From Cirrosporium novae-zelandiae (Eukaryota), in contig JAPETS010000005.1 in the NCBI GenBank assembly GCA_026023565.1, positions 248,001-312,000 of the forward strand: a stretch of DNA of 64,000 bases, given 5' to 3'. This document shows, one piece after another, positions 50,688 through 62,489 of this stretch. Numbering within the stretch: position 1 is the first letter of the stretch; every line of letters starts with the position of its first letter. The notes below the pieces were generated by a model. It ran no database searches. It worked only from the letters and a program-made list of their open reading frames with translations, and was not told the origin of the DNA. The translations under genes and the position numbers were made by a program.

Positions 50688-51009
50688 TGGTTGGACTAGG
50701 ATCAAGCGCAGGTATTCAGGCCATATAATTTAAATATGACGAATCGTTTAGCTTGTCTCTTGGTATTATCCATCGAAGACGATAATTTAACGTGTCGAGG
50801 TTGAGTATTTTGACAATAGAAGGAGGAGCTCTGTTCATGTCAACAATGGTTTAGCGGCTTACCAAATTAAATCCGGTATCATTTAGGGCTCCCCGTCTAA
50901 ACTCATTTCCCTTAACTTAATAATTCACTAATTACTCTGGTGCAGTACTTTATAATTTTCTAATACATCTCTAAGCAAATATTAGTCATATTTCAAGGTT
51001 TATATTACA

Positions 51010-52007
51010 TCAAGGGGCTACTTTCGAGCCTTCAAATGCCTTCACAATACCCATTGCTGCACCTGCTGCTATACCTCCTACAAGAACCACCTTGAGCCCT
51101 TCTACGGCTCCTTGGTAAATCTTCCTACTTCCCTGCCAACCTACCACGGAACATGTCTTTACATAGCCAAATATGAACAGCGTCACTACCATGACTCCAA
51201 TTGACCAGTATAAGGCATATAACACTTGGTCGGGTGTAACAAAAAAGTAAGGAAGTAGTGGGATGAAGCCGCCGACAAAGTAACTAAGGGCGATGGTGAG
51301 AGCACAAGTAATAGCATGAGATTTAACGGGTTCTGGCAACATGTGTTCGAATCGTACGAGGAAGTCAATGGCTTTTGGCGACTGAGAGAGGTGTACTATA
51401 AGGTCGTCGATTGTAGATGTGGGTAGATCGTAGGGCTCGAAAATGGCTGAAATATTCTCTGAGATTGACGAAGGAGATGTTGCCAGGAGATTACGAGTTT
51501 CATCCAGTGTTGCCCGATATGATTCTCTGTTAATTACCCTCGTTAGCTAATATTCGACAATTGGGTTTCTAGGCATCTGGTAAATTACTTTTCGCTTTTT
51601 GCGCCTAAAAATCCTCCCAATCCCATGGATATACCCCCCGCAAATAGCTCAGCCAATCCGCCATATATGACAACATTCGTGTTTCCTAGAGCAGATAGAC
51701 CAGCTGTGAGAGCAAAGGGGACAGTAAGACCATCAGAAAGGCCAATTATCGCATCCGAGACAACTCGAGTATCAATCTTGAATCTTCTTTGCGAGTCAGA
51801 ATTCGCATCCGAGTACCCTGATGCAGACTCCAAAGACTCCAGATCCGAAGACTCTCTCGCGGATTTGTACTCATTGCCGTCCTCTAACAAGGGCATATCC
51901 TTTTCTGAGAGCCATTCACGGGAGAGAAATTTTTTGAAAGTTCCAAATGACATCTTCTTTCGTTTTGTATTATTCTTTGGCCTTGGTATCTGGGGATCCT
52001 TTGACAT
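51010..52007 (-). CDS. CCC1: Vacuolar iron/manganese transporter, VIT1/CCC1 family
   Basis: Exons 52007-51589 and 51526-51010. 'DAIIGLSDGLTVPFALTAGLS', 'GLAEL.AG.ISMGLGG' and 'GGFIPLLPYF'. Confidence 0.94.
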
Positions 52008-52173
52008 AAATTCTAACGCAGATTAATAGAGAGGAAGAAAGAATTCGAGGCAATTGTCAAAAACTGCTGGGGGAACAGTTGATCTAGCAAGCTGGGAGTA
52101 TGACCAAACTACTTAGACCTAACTATATATTGAAGCCCCACCTTGATATATCCTGGTCGTGATTCGAATTGCG

Positions 52174-52200
52174 CCAATGAAAGATGAAATGATTGTCAGC
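52174..52200 (+). promoter_or_regulatory. CBC-HapX bipartite site (CSAAT-N12-RWT) in the CCC1 promoter
   Basis: CCAAT (52174-52178), exactly 12 nt, then GAT (52191-52193) followed by TGTCAGC. About 170 bp upstream of the CCC1 ATG. Confidence 0.75.
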
Positions 52201-52644
52201 TTCCATAATAATTACACGTCAATGGTTAGGAGTTATCTATGGAACGAAACAAGCAAAGAAAAGTGACATTAATAGAAGAATGCCGATAAAAGGAGGGGAA
52301 AGTGGGTGTGGTGTTACGAATAGGACCCGAACGATAGGTCAATGTCCGAGATACTCAACTATAACCTAATAAATAAAAACAATAGACAAAAATAGTTGGT
52401 CAATGAGGGTCGTCAACGCATCAACGTGCTATCCACGAAGGATACATTGCAGATAATAGAACAAAAAGTAATATAGGAAGTGGATCGCCGTCTTTTCGGG
52501 TTCATGGTTGTGGACTGGGGAGAAATGACGGAAGAGGAAGGGATATGATAGTGAGTAGATAGATAGAAAATAGCAGAAGGATCTAAGATGCATGCACTTT
52601 GTTTTGGTCAATTAATATTTGTCCCTTGCAGAGAAGCTTGATAG

Positions 52645-52784
52645 TGCACGTGGGGGGGGGGGGAAGAAATGTGGAGGAAGTACTTTCCGAAAGGAAATGA
52701 TAGGAGAAGCTTCTCTTAGTGGTATCTACGTACGCTACTGTGGTACGCTACTGTGAACTAAACTTGCTAAGCTTCCCACGTGCA
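52645..52784. promoter_or_regulatory. Two inverted TGCACGTGGG boxes (Pho4/NUC-1/PalcA-type bHLH sites)
   Basis: TGCACGTGGG at 52645-52654 and its exact reverse complement CCCACGTGCA at 52775-52784, upstream of the phosphoesterase locus. Confidence 0.6.
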
Positions 52785-53205
52785 TCCCTACCTTACCCTA
52801 TCCTCCCTACTCCCTATACTACTGACGTAACTTCCTCCACCCCTCTTCTTCGCCCTTCATGACTATAGAGCCATTGTTTGAAATCTGTAATTCCCAATTG
52901 ATCAATTGGCTTATCTTTAGCACAATATCGCGTCTCCGACATGCATCCGAGGGGTCAACATGCATCTCTAAGGAGAGATCCAGGATACATGTGTTGCTGC
53001 TACGTGATGCTATGGGTCCCGATCTTGTAAGCTCGTGAAGTAAGGGACCCATGGGGATACAAGAACGCAAAAATTAATTATTCGTGCCAATATGCCTCCG
53101 AGGCCTGGGGGGATGTATATATATCGGGATGAGCTCTTGCATCGGTGGTAGCAACAGTGTGCTAAGGACCTTTGAACCGATAACTAGATCCTCAGAGTTT
53201 CAATC

Positions 53206-54729
53206 ATGAGGTCCCCTTCTACTCTAGCCATTTGCCTGGTGGCAGCAACTGTTACCTCAGCATATCCTACATTCATCACTCCAAGAAGCGCCAACGATAC
53301 TGCATGGAACGATCTTCGAGGAAAGGTGAGTATCCCGCGATTGGGGATAAAGATAGATATCGCATACGTTGACTAGAACATTGTTTCTATCATACAGATC
53401 AAGCATGTTATATATCTCATGATGGAAAACCATTCTTTTGATAACATTGATAACTTGAGGAACATCAGTTACTGCAATAACTACACCAACACCAATTGGA
53501 CAGTCTGGAATGAGCCCATCTCTATCTGCGATCAACCTTACGAGGATGAAGTTCCTCTCAAGGATCCAGACCACAATTTTGCCGGAACTAGTTATGAGAT
53601 TTATCAAAAATGGCTACCCACCAACGAGGACACTCCTACTGGGTGGTTTCATTGAACGCTAGTCGGAAAAGTACAGCGAAACCCCAGGTGATGCTTCGTT
53701 TGTCATTAAGGCATATGATGAGAAGAAGACTCACACTCTAGCTACAATTGCAAAGAATTTTGCTTTTTGGGACAGTTATGTAAGTCACCTTCACTTTGAA
53801 CTATGAGAAGTATGCTCATACAACATAACCTCCAGTATGCTGAACACCCTGGCCCAACTAACCCCAATCGCCAATTCGCTACTTCCGGATCTTCTTGTGG
53901 CATGGTCGAGAATGGCGACCAATCCTCCGGCTGGTTCAATAACGTCACAGGTACTTCCTGCGCTAAATCCATTTTCGAAGCCCTAAGCGATAAGAACATC
54001 ACCTGGAAGAACTACTACGAGACCGACATTATTGACTCCTACATGTATAAGTAGGTCCAAGACAATGCCATGGATCAAATCGTCCATGCAGACGAATTGT
54101 ATTCTGATCTTGAAGCTGGAACTCTTCCCACTTTCTCGTACATCAACCCTGAATGCTGCACTATTGACTCCATGCATCCTACCAGCAATATGGCTGCCGG
54201 AGAACAGATGATTAAGCATATGTATGATGCTGTCAGGAGATCCAAATGTTGGGACAACGTCCTTATTATCCTTAACTTCGACGAACACGGCGGTTTCGCG
54301 GACTACGTGGCACCGCCAGTCAACGTTCCTATCCCCGAAGATGGGATCGACTTTTCAGGTGAATCAGACGACCACAACGTCACCTACGACTTCAGTCGTC
54401 TCGGCATTCGAGTTCCTGCTTTCGTCATTTCCCCATATAAACCTGCAAATACCTTAATCCACGACCAAGGTACTAGCTATGCAAACAATAGCGCCTACAC
54501 CCATACTTCCTTTCTACACTTTTTGCAAAATCTGTGGGAGCTTGAAGGTATGAACAACCGCGTCCAATGGGCCAAGACGTTTGAGTACATTTTCTCCGAA
54601 TCTAGCCCCCGTCAAGACACTCCCCAGAAATTGCCAATCCCTATCTGGTACGGGGGTTTGGGAGAGCCAGAGCCAGATGCCTTTTATGAATTAAATAGGG
54701 ATGAGTCATACTACGAGAGCCTTTCATAG
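53206..54729 (+). pseudogene. Secreted phosphoesterase (acid phosphatase/PLC family), inactivated
   Basis: Signal peptide MRSPSTLAICLVAATVTSA and introns 53326-53397 and 53780-53835. Motifs MENHSFD, PGPTNPNR, SMHP, FDEHGGF and LGIRVP. Frameshift near 53641 and in-frame TAG at 53660-53662 and 54052-54054. Confidence 0.85.
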
Positions 54730-55357
54730 AGGAAATAAAAGGGCTGCAGCGCCCTAAGGGTTGTTTAGGCCACAGGAAGTAGGTTGAATATTATATTATA
54801 TCAATTATATTATATCAATTATAATAAAGAAATCTAGGCGAATCACAGTGAATATACAGATGAAGAAGAAAAAAACCTTTGTATACATATTTATATCTTG
54901 CTCTAATTATTACCATACAATGTAGTCCCACATTATTAATATTTGTCCTTTCCATTCCAACCTAGTATATCCATCACCCATCTTTATTCTCTAGCCCCGG
55001 CGGGCAATTATTCGTCCCGAGTTGAATCTAGTTAAATCCCCGAGTTAGGTTTGCGTGCGTTTTATGTAGAAATAATCCTATTAATAACATACTAAAAACC
55101 AAGCAAGAGGATATAAGAAACAAAAAGAAAGAAAGGGAGACGTATACAGATAACAAAAGTTTTTTCATTCATATATATGTTCATTTATTCAACTCCGCCT
55201 CCCCCCTTTTCTTCATTGCCCCTTCAACAGCACCATCTACTCATACAAAGCCAACACCCAATCTCCGATCAAATTAACACGAACCCCCTCAGAAGTCCCA
55301 GGCGCCTTATACTTCCTCCCTCTCTCCCGGAACTACCTTATTCCTCCCCCGCCTCCT

Positions 55358-55876
55358 CTACCTCTCATCAACCTGCCCATCCACAGCACCCCTATGACTC
55401 TCAACACCGCTCGCGCCTACACCCTGCAATCCGCCCCCCTGCTTCGTGCGCGTGTACGCCCCGTCATGGTGGAGCTCACTGGACGTCTGACCTGAGCCCG
55501 GGTGCCCGTATCCCGTGTGCACATCTGCGGATGTGGCGCCCGCGAGGGTCGAGGATGCAGGTGCGTGGGCGAGGACTTCGGAGGACGCGTCTGGTTGGAA
55601 TGTGTGTTCTGCGGGGGCTGTGCCTGCGGGAAGGGTTTGTGCTTGGAAGGAGGGGGCCGCTTCATTGCCTACTTGGCGGCCGGGTTGGTGCTGTAGAAGG
55701 TGGGCGGGGTGTGAGTTTGGAGAGTGCAAGGGATTTGGATTAGGGGATTGGATGGGAAGGGAGGGGGGGCATACGCCTTTAGTTTCCATGGGTTCGCTGG
55801 GTGGAATGTGCGAGGCGAATTGGCCTTGTTGATTAGAGACGGCGGCGGTGGCGTTGGGGTTAATTGTTGCAGACAT
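55358..55876 (-). CDS. Small hydrophilic G/A/S/H-rich fungal protein (possibly stress or conidiation related)
   Basis: ORF with a probable intron at 55774-55691. Motif 'LAGATSADVHTGYGHPGSGQTSSELHHDG'. The 3' end is uncertain. Confidence 0.7.
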   Translation of the reverse strand: MSATINPNATAAVSNQQGQFASHIPPSEPMETKGVCPPSLPIQSPNPNPLHSPNSHPAHLLQHQPGRQVGNEAAPSFQAQTLPAGTAPAEHTFQPDASSEVLAHAPASSTLAGATSADVHTGYGHPGSGQTSSELHHDGAYTRTKQGGGLQGVGASGVESHRGAVDGQVDER

Positions 55877-56284
55877 TTTGTTTTTTGTTTTTTTTTTGGA
55901 GTTGGTTTGTTCTTTAGGTAGATATTGTATGTATGTTGTTTGATCGATTTCGGATCAATTGGGTTGGATTGGAGAGGAATATGAAGGATTATGAAGGATG
56001 TGATGTAGTGGGAGCATCGTTTTGATATAATTTAGATAGCCGTTGAAGTAGTTATGATGTAATGGGTAATGGCCGATTTGCAGGTTGGCTTGCAGGTCGA
56101 TGATCTCACTTTGAAGATCTTTTTCCATCGGCTTGAGATGATATTGTCGTATTTGGGTCTACTGACGTTATTGTGCACTAATCTTGTTGCAGCCTTCCGT
56201 CCATACGTCTTAATTATCTAAAATTATTTAAAATTTGTAACTGTCTAAGATGCTGATTGTATGCTCACGATTTTCAATTTCTAT

Positions 56285-57520
56285 TTATCCCATCAACTGC
56301 AACTGATCATCAGGTGGCCATCTTGTTTGAGCGAAGCTCAAGCACCGCTTGATGCTTTGCAGGAACTTTCGTGTAATTTCATCACTCATGATATGGGCTT
56401 CACCTTTGCCACTCTCGTGGAGCTTTTCTCGTGCTGAACGCTCGTGGATACCAACCATAGTCACTCCAATTGGCCATGCACTGGGGAATATATATGTCAG
56501 CTATCTAACCTTGGTAGAATATAATGAGACCGTTCATAGACAGAAAAAGACAATACGAGGAGAGGTAGAAAAATGGACTTACGCTTTCCCAATACTCAAT
56601 CTCAGGTATCCATCATTAGCATCCACATATCGCCTCTCCTGTGCAGCTCTTACAATCTCCACCACCGGTTCTAAGATACCATCTTCTAAATCTCCTTTCT
56701 CGAACTTCCGAAATAAAGGTTTCAAGTTTTCTTGACTCTGTAGCATAGCCTTTTCTGCAGCTTTGCCCTGGAAGCTCTGCCTAACATCTGCATCTCGTTG
56801 TGCCAGTGCCCTTTGCCATTCCGTGAGAACGAGAGTGAAGTAGCTAGCCAGTTGGCGGAAGATGTATGTGCGCTCCGGTCCTGATTTGGGGACTGTAGAT
56901 GGGACCTTCATTTCAGACTCGGGAACAAGGACGAGGGTCGTTGGGATAGGACCTTTGGTCATGGTAACAACGACACCATCTGTAGAGCTCAGGCCACGTG
57001 AAGCAAGTAATCTTTTGTACCGCTTCAATCGAGCATTGTCTGTTTCTGCAAATAGTCTGGTAGGTTCTCCTATAGCTCTTAAAGACTTCACAACTGTCTC
57101 CTCATCGAGTTGCATTTCCTCTCCATCCTCTTGATTCTCCTGATTCTTCTCTTCATCCTTGTTCACCTCCTCCAACGGCGGCAACCCTAGTCTCTTCCTC
57201 CTTCTCGTCTCCTTTTCTTTTTCTTCCTGTTCTCGCTTTATTCTCGACTCCTCAGCCAGTCTTTGTCTTTTCTCTTCTCGCTGTTGGGAATGTTCTGCTT
57301 CTTGTTCCTCTACTTTGCGCTTTTGGATGCGACGGGCTACCCGTTCGGCTTCAAGAGCAGCCTGTTCTGCACGGTAGGCAGCTTCGCGAGCAGCTTCAAT
57401 CTCAGCACGAGATTGATATTTTGGTGCGGTTGAGGCCTCTGGTGATTTCGATTTTGAGTTGGAGGTTAAAGGTTTCTTGGCTTTGGACATTTGTTGTTTC
57501 ATGAGGGATGCGAAATCCAT
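56285..57520 (-). CDS. PRP18: Pre-mRNA splicing factor 18
   Basis: Exons 57520-56583 and 56480-56285. PRP4-like 'LRAIGEPTRLFAET' and signature '[32 protein letters not shown]'. Confidence 0.96.
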
Positions 57521-57836
57521 GATGGGTGACTGTGGATATACTTCTCTCCGGAAAAGAACTTCGTAACTAGAAACCAGGAGAAACAAAATATATTTTGAGA
57601 GGAAGGGGCCTAATGTGGTGTTGAAATGGCAGATGAGTCCAAAAGCAGCACGAGCCTTCAGTTATTGCTGATCAAAGATGCCAAGCTGTAAGGCTTAATT
57701 AGCGTTGAAGCTCTTCTCCAAATCATCTACTTTCTTTAAACTGAACTTACTGAGTAAATATTTCAAAATAGTCGCAATTGCATACTCTTCACAAATCGTT
57801 CTTTCCCATTTAATATTATTTTCCTCCATTTAAACA

Positions 57837-58739
57837 ATGGCCGATCCACCGCCCACACAACCACAATTTCCCAAGATAGATCGTCAAACCACAACGCCAT
57901 TTCACCTAAAGCTATTCTATCGCCCAAATGAGTTTCATCGGTACGTCCGTCTCTACTCTCCTTACAGCAATCCCTTCCAACTACAAGGGGAATAGATAAA
58001 CTAACTTCCCGATAGCCTCGAGGAATTCCAACCCGCCTCCTCTGAAAAGAGTATACCCCTCCCTCCCCACCTCCAAATATACACCTGGCCCACCTGTACT
58101 CTCCTCGAGCTCTCTCACCTCCTCACTTCCGCCCTCGCCAACAACACCTCTATTTTCCCTTCCCCTCTCCCTGGTACACGTCTCGCATTCCGTCTCATCT
58201 ACCCCGATACCCGATTCACAGGGCCCGGAGCACGGTTTCTATGGAAGGCATTAGGAAGTGTAGTGCTGGGATCAGAGGATGGCACTGATGTTGGAGGTGG
58301 AGGGAACGAAAGGAAAAAAGAGGATGAAGCAGATGCGAAAAAGACATTACAGGAGGCTCGATTCGTCATTGGTGACTATATTAGTGTGTGCATTTTACCT
58401 CCTTTAGCGAATGGAGACATTGCACCTATGCCACCAGCGCCTCCTACCGGGTCATCGAATTTACCTCTAGGTCCCCCGGGATCGTTCCCATACCCCGGAA
58501 GAGGAAGAGATTATAGAGGCGGCGGTTATGGCGGGGGAAGAGAGAATGGGTACGGTGGGAGAGGAGGAAGAGGTGGCAGGGGAGGAAGATTTGGGAGCGG
58601 AGATGTGCCAATGGGCGAGTGGAGGAGAGGGGAAAGGTTACCCGATGGACCTATGGGAGGATCAAGACTGGAGGGTGGAGGAAGAGGATACGGTGGCTAC
58701 GGTGGAGGCTATGGTAGGGGTAGAGGAAGGGGTTGGTGA
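57837..58739 (+). CDS. SAP18: Sin3-associated protein 18 / ASAP complex subunit
   Basis: Exons 57837-57940 and 58016-58739. 'IDRQTTTPFHLKLF', 'LQIYTWPTCTLLEL', 'KTLQEARFVIGDYI' and an RGG tail. Confidence 0.93.
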
Positions 58740-58941
58740 GCAAATGTAGGGCAAAACAGAAGTCATTAATTGTACGATAGGCTCATCAGAATTCATACAG
58801 CGTTTCGCAGTATCGGATGAGGGGGACGAGGCACCGGTATCGATTTGGAGTTGGCTAGATGGGATTTCGTATGGACAGGGAAAATGATATACCCTTGAAT
58901 TAATGTAGCAGGGTCTTTAATAATATCAAGTCACACCTTTT

Positions 58942-60722
58942 TTAATCGTCTCCAAAGCCTTCCCACTCTTCATCTTCTCTTAGGCTTTCATGTCTTTCAC
59001 CACCATCACCATCACCATCCCTAACGAATCCAACGACGAAGAAGCCCATAGTGCCCTCCTCAGTCCCTTTACTGCATCTAATACACCCGTCCAACACGTC
59101 ATCTTCATCGATATTGTCTTCACCTTCACCTTTCATACCCCTAGTTCCCCACTTCCTCAGTCCCTCTGTCTGTTCCTCCCGTTTTAGTACTCTCCATCCC
59201 CTCTTTCTTCCGATGTCTGACCCCAGCGCTTTGGACACCACGCCTTCATTTTCCTCGAAATGTACTGAGCATGTTGAATAAGTGATTCGTCGTGCATGAG
59301 GGAAGCTAAAAGCATGCGTAATAATACGAAACTGGAATGCTGCAAGATTTTGCAAACGTTCGCGGTCAACCGATTCAGGTTCTTCGACTTCTGGCTCCTC
59401 CGTAATGGCCACGGTCCTCGATTCTGGCTCTACTTTGGGAGACATGCCATTTCGCCTCTTTCTCTTCTTACCTCTCTTACTATCTTGTGCCTGAACAACC
59501 TCCGCGGTGCTAGGTAGTACCAACTTCGGCATGTCATCTCTCCCTACGATACCACTACCTGAGCAACTTGGATCCAAAAGCAGCGATGTCACATTTTGAA
59601 ACCTCCTATCCTTCGGGTCTAAAGCCAAGAAGTCCTGGCCAGCTAGAACTTCGACGATGTTTTGGGCACCAGCTTTTTGCACCATTTTGGCCAGGATCTG
59701 AGCGCGACCTTTGTTACGCTCGCATGCTATAACCTTACTTTTTTTGGTGTTGGAAGACCGGCTCTCCTGGGCAAGAGCAGCTAAGTGTGTTGTTTTATTG
59801 CCTGGAGCAGCACATGCATCGATCGTATCTCCAACTTCAATACCGCCAGGGGAGCCAGAATGCGTTTCCGCGATAAGGAAGGCGGGAAAACAGGAAGCTT
59901 TATCCTGAAATATAATTTCCCCATTTGCATATGCGCTTGTAGATGATAGATCAGTTAAGGCAGGCAGGCATAGAAGGTTCGGAATATGATTGTCAATATG
60001 ATATATTTTCGGAGATGGATGCGGGGCCTTCAGGATCTCGGAAATGGCAGAAACAGCTTCGTAAGATTTAAACGTAGTAGCCAATTGGTGCTGTAGCGTT
60101 GTTAACAAAGTATTGATTCGCACCCAGCGGGGATGCGACCATGTCTTAGGGACCACTAGGGTCTCTACATCTTGGTTTTCAAAGGCGTCCAGGGCAGTGT
60201 CGTGATCTTGATTTTGGGATTCAACCTGCTTTTTGAGTGCCTGCAATGTATGACACTTCCGTCTGAGCCTAGCCCTTACAAGCTCCGAGTTAAGTCTTGC
60301 TTTATGCCTTTCAATGGCCAATCGTAACGGATGTGCCTTGGGCGCTACGATGCCTTGTTTCGATATTAAATGATCATGAACGAGTAAGAGAGCAAGTATT
60401 GGAGTGAGCTACAGCAGTCACGTTATACCTCGATGGTCAGCCAGTCAGCATCTTTGCATGATATCTAGATATATAAAAAGTCAAGGAAGAACGGTGGTGA
60501 ATGCGCCCAAAATATTCTTACCTTTTTTTCAAGATTTAGGATTCGCGACTTTTCAATAACCTCTTTCAAGATAGGCGACCATTTTGTAGACTCGCTGACT
60601 AGCGCAAATACTTGAGCTGGCGAGCAACGTAGGGTTCTATCATTGTAGATACGCGATTTGAGAGAACCACCGGCAGAGGAGGGTGAAATAAGAATGCGAG
60701 CTGCATCCTGGTACAGGGACAT
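58942..60722 (-). CDS. RCM1: 25S rRNA m5C methyltransferase, NSUN5/Rcm1
   Basis: Exons 60722-60522 and 60408-58942. 'PRWVRINTL', 'QDKASCFPA', 'DACAAPGNKTTH', 'LLDPSCSGSG' and 'YSTCSVHFEENE'. Confidence 0.93.
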
Positions 60723-61306
60723 AGTTGAGAATGGAGTCTCAATACTTAGAGAGGATTTCAGAGCTGTAACTTTGACATGGTTTGTGGGCAAAACCAAGAT
60801 AGAGTACCTTGAAGGCAATTTTCATGTAGCCTATAATTTTATGCAATTAATGAAATGTCCAAAATCAGCAATATTTATGTGTACTACTGTAATTATGCAT
60901 TTTATCACTTCAACTTCATCTCAATACACACGCACACACAGTATTTTACACTCCTTCTAGAAAATTTCTTCTGATTTAGAATATGCACATTTGACCTATT
61001 GACGACGTCTCCGAGGAAACCATGAATCCTTAGCTACTCAACTACTCTACGCGCCCTTTGATGTAACTCTAACCATGTCATGGGCTCATAAATCAGTATC
61101 AATACATATCAACTAATCACAGCGTCCTATGTCTAAATATTATTTAATAAAACGACTTTCCCTTACCTAAAGACACATACATATCAAACATCTCAACCCC
61201 ACCTAATAACCCTCATCTACATAATTCCGCCACACCAAACCAACCACTCGAGGTGGCGACCATCCAACTCAGAACACAACCCATTAAATACACTCCCCTG
61301 CCCATC

Positions 61307-62044
61307 ATGTCTATCACGGAATTCATATCACTCCAAACGCCCCCAGGCCCCATTGTCCTCTCTTACACCACACCCCCGAACAACCCGACCAACGCCCCCA
61401 TCCCGAAAATATTTATCGAATCCATGGCAATCCGTCACGAAGTCTTTGTAAAACAACAAAACGTTCCCTGGGAACTCGAACTTGATCTTCTAGATCCTCA
61501 CAGCTACACTTGGGTGGCCTACGCTTCCGTCGCCCAAAATGCAACGGAAGATAGACAAGCCAGCGTTGGGGAACGCACACCTGTGGGAACCATCCGGCTC
61601 GTCCCCCCAGGCCACGACACTGATCCCTTGGACGACAAAGTATCCGTTGTTGACGGGAATGAAGTCTTTGTTAAACTCGGCCGGCTAGCCGTCCTCAATC
61701 CCTTCAGGGGACTCGGCCTCGCCCGCCTGCTCGTCAACACTGCCCTCGAATATGCCATTCAGCATCCCGAGGAAATTGTTCTACCTTATATTCCCCCTAG
61801 AGCAAGTGAATCTGAAATTTCCGGCGGTGCAGCTGTAATTACAAGCTCGATAGAAATAAACGTAAAGAGTGCGAAGAGTGCTATAGGGCCGTGGAAGGGG
61901 CTGGTGGTCATTCATGCGCAGGTAAACGCGGTAGGGATTTGGGAGAAGATGGGCTTTGTAAAGGATGAGGGGATGGGGACGTGGGATGAGGCTGGGATTG
62001 AACATGTTGGCATGTGGAGGAGGGTTACTCCCATGAAAAATTAA
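61307..62044 (+). CDS. GNAT-family acetyltransferase (ElaA/YjcF-like)
   Basis: 'IRHEVFVKQQNVP..ELD..D', 'VGTIRL', 'KLGRLAVL..FRGLGLARLL', 'HAQV' and 'DEAGIEHVGM'. Confidence 0.9.
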   Translation: MSITEFISLQTPPGPIVLSYTTPPNNPTNAPIPKIFIESMAIRHEVFVKQQNVPWELELDLLDPHSYTWVAYASVAQNATEDRQASVGERTPVGTIRLVPPGHDTDPLDDKVSVVDGNEVFVKLGRLAVLNPFRGLGLARLLVNTALEYAIQHPEEIVLPYIPPRASESEISGGAAVITSSIEINVKSAKSAIGPWKGLVVIHAQVNAVGIWEKMGFVKDEGMGTWDEAGIEHVGMWRRVTPMKN

Positions 62045-62489
62045 TTGGATGGGGTGGTTGTGGGTATAATTATGGATGGGATTGGGATGATATGATCATT
62101 GCGGTGCGCATCATTAAATATGCTATGCTTTGGCCTCATGCTATACGATAAATGGCTAATGGGAAATTAGACTAGATTTTTATCCGCTTACTTGCTTCCC
62201 TATTTGTTTTTACACATCGTCAAGGAAAAGAGCATCATATAGGAAACTAAATAGAAATATAGATTTTTTCTTTTCCTTTACGCCAACGCCAAATTTTTTT
62301 TTCCATCCTACCTTATCTCTATCCAATTATCTATTCCTTATTTCTATCCCCTATACAAAAATTATATATCCGTTAAGTAATATCACATCATATCCCGCAC
62401 CTAATAATATACCCCTCCCCCCTTTTTTTCTAGTTTGGAGCCACATGTTGAAATGACCCCTTACCAAGGTATTTGCCCCATCTTTTTAT

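Noticed and set aside
54790..54823. 14-nt tandem repeat ATTATATTATATCA x2
   Set aside because: Ordinary AT-rich slippage duplication in a terminator region.
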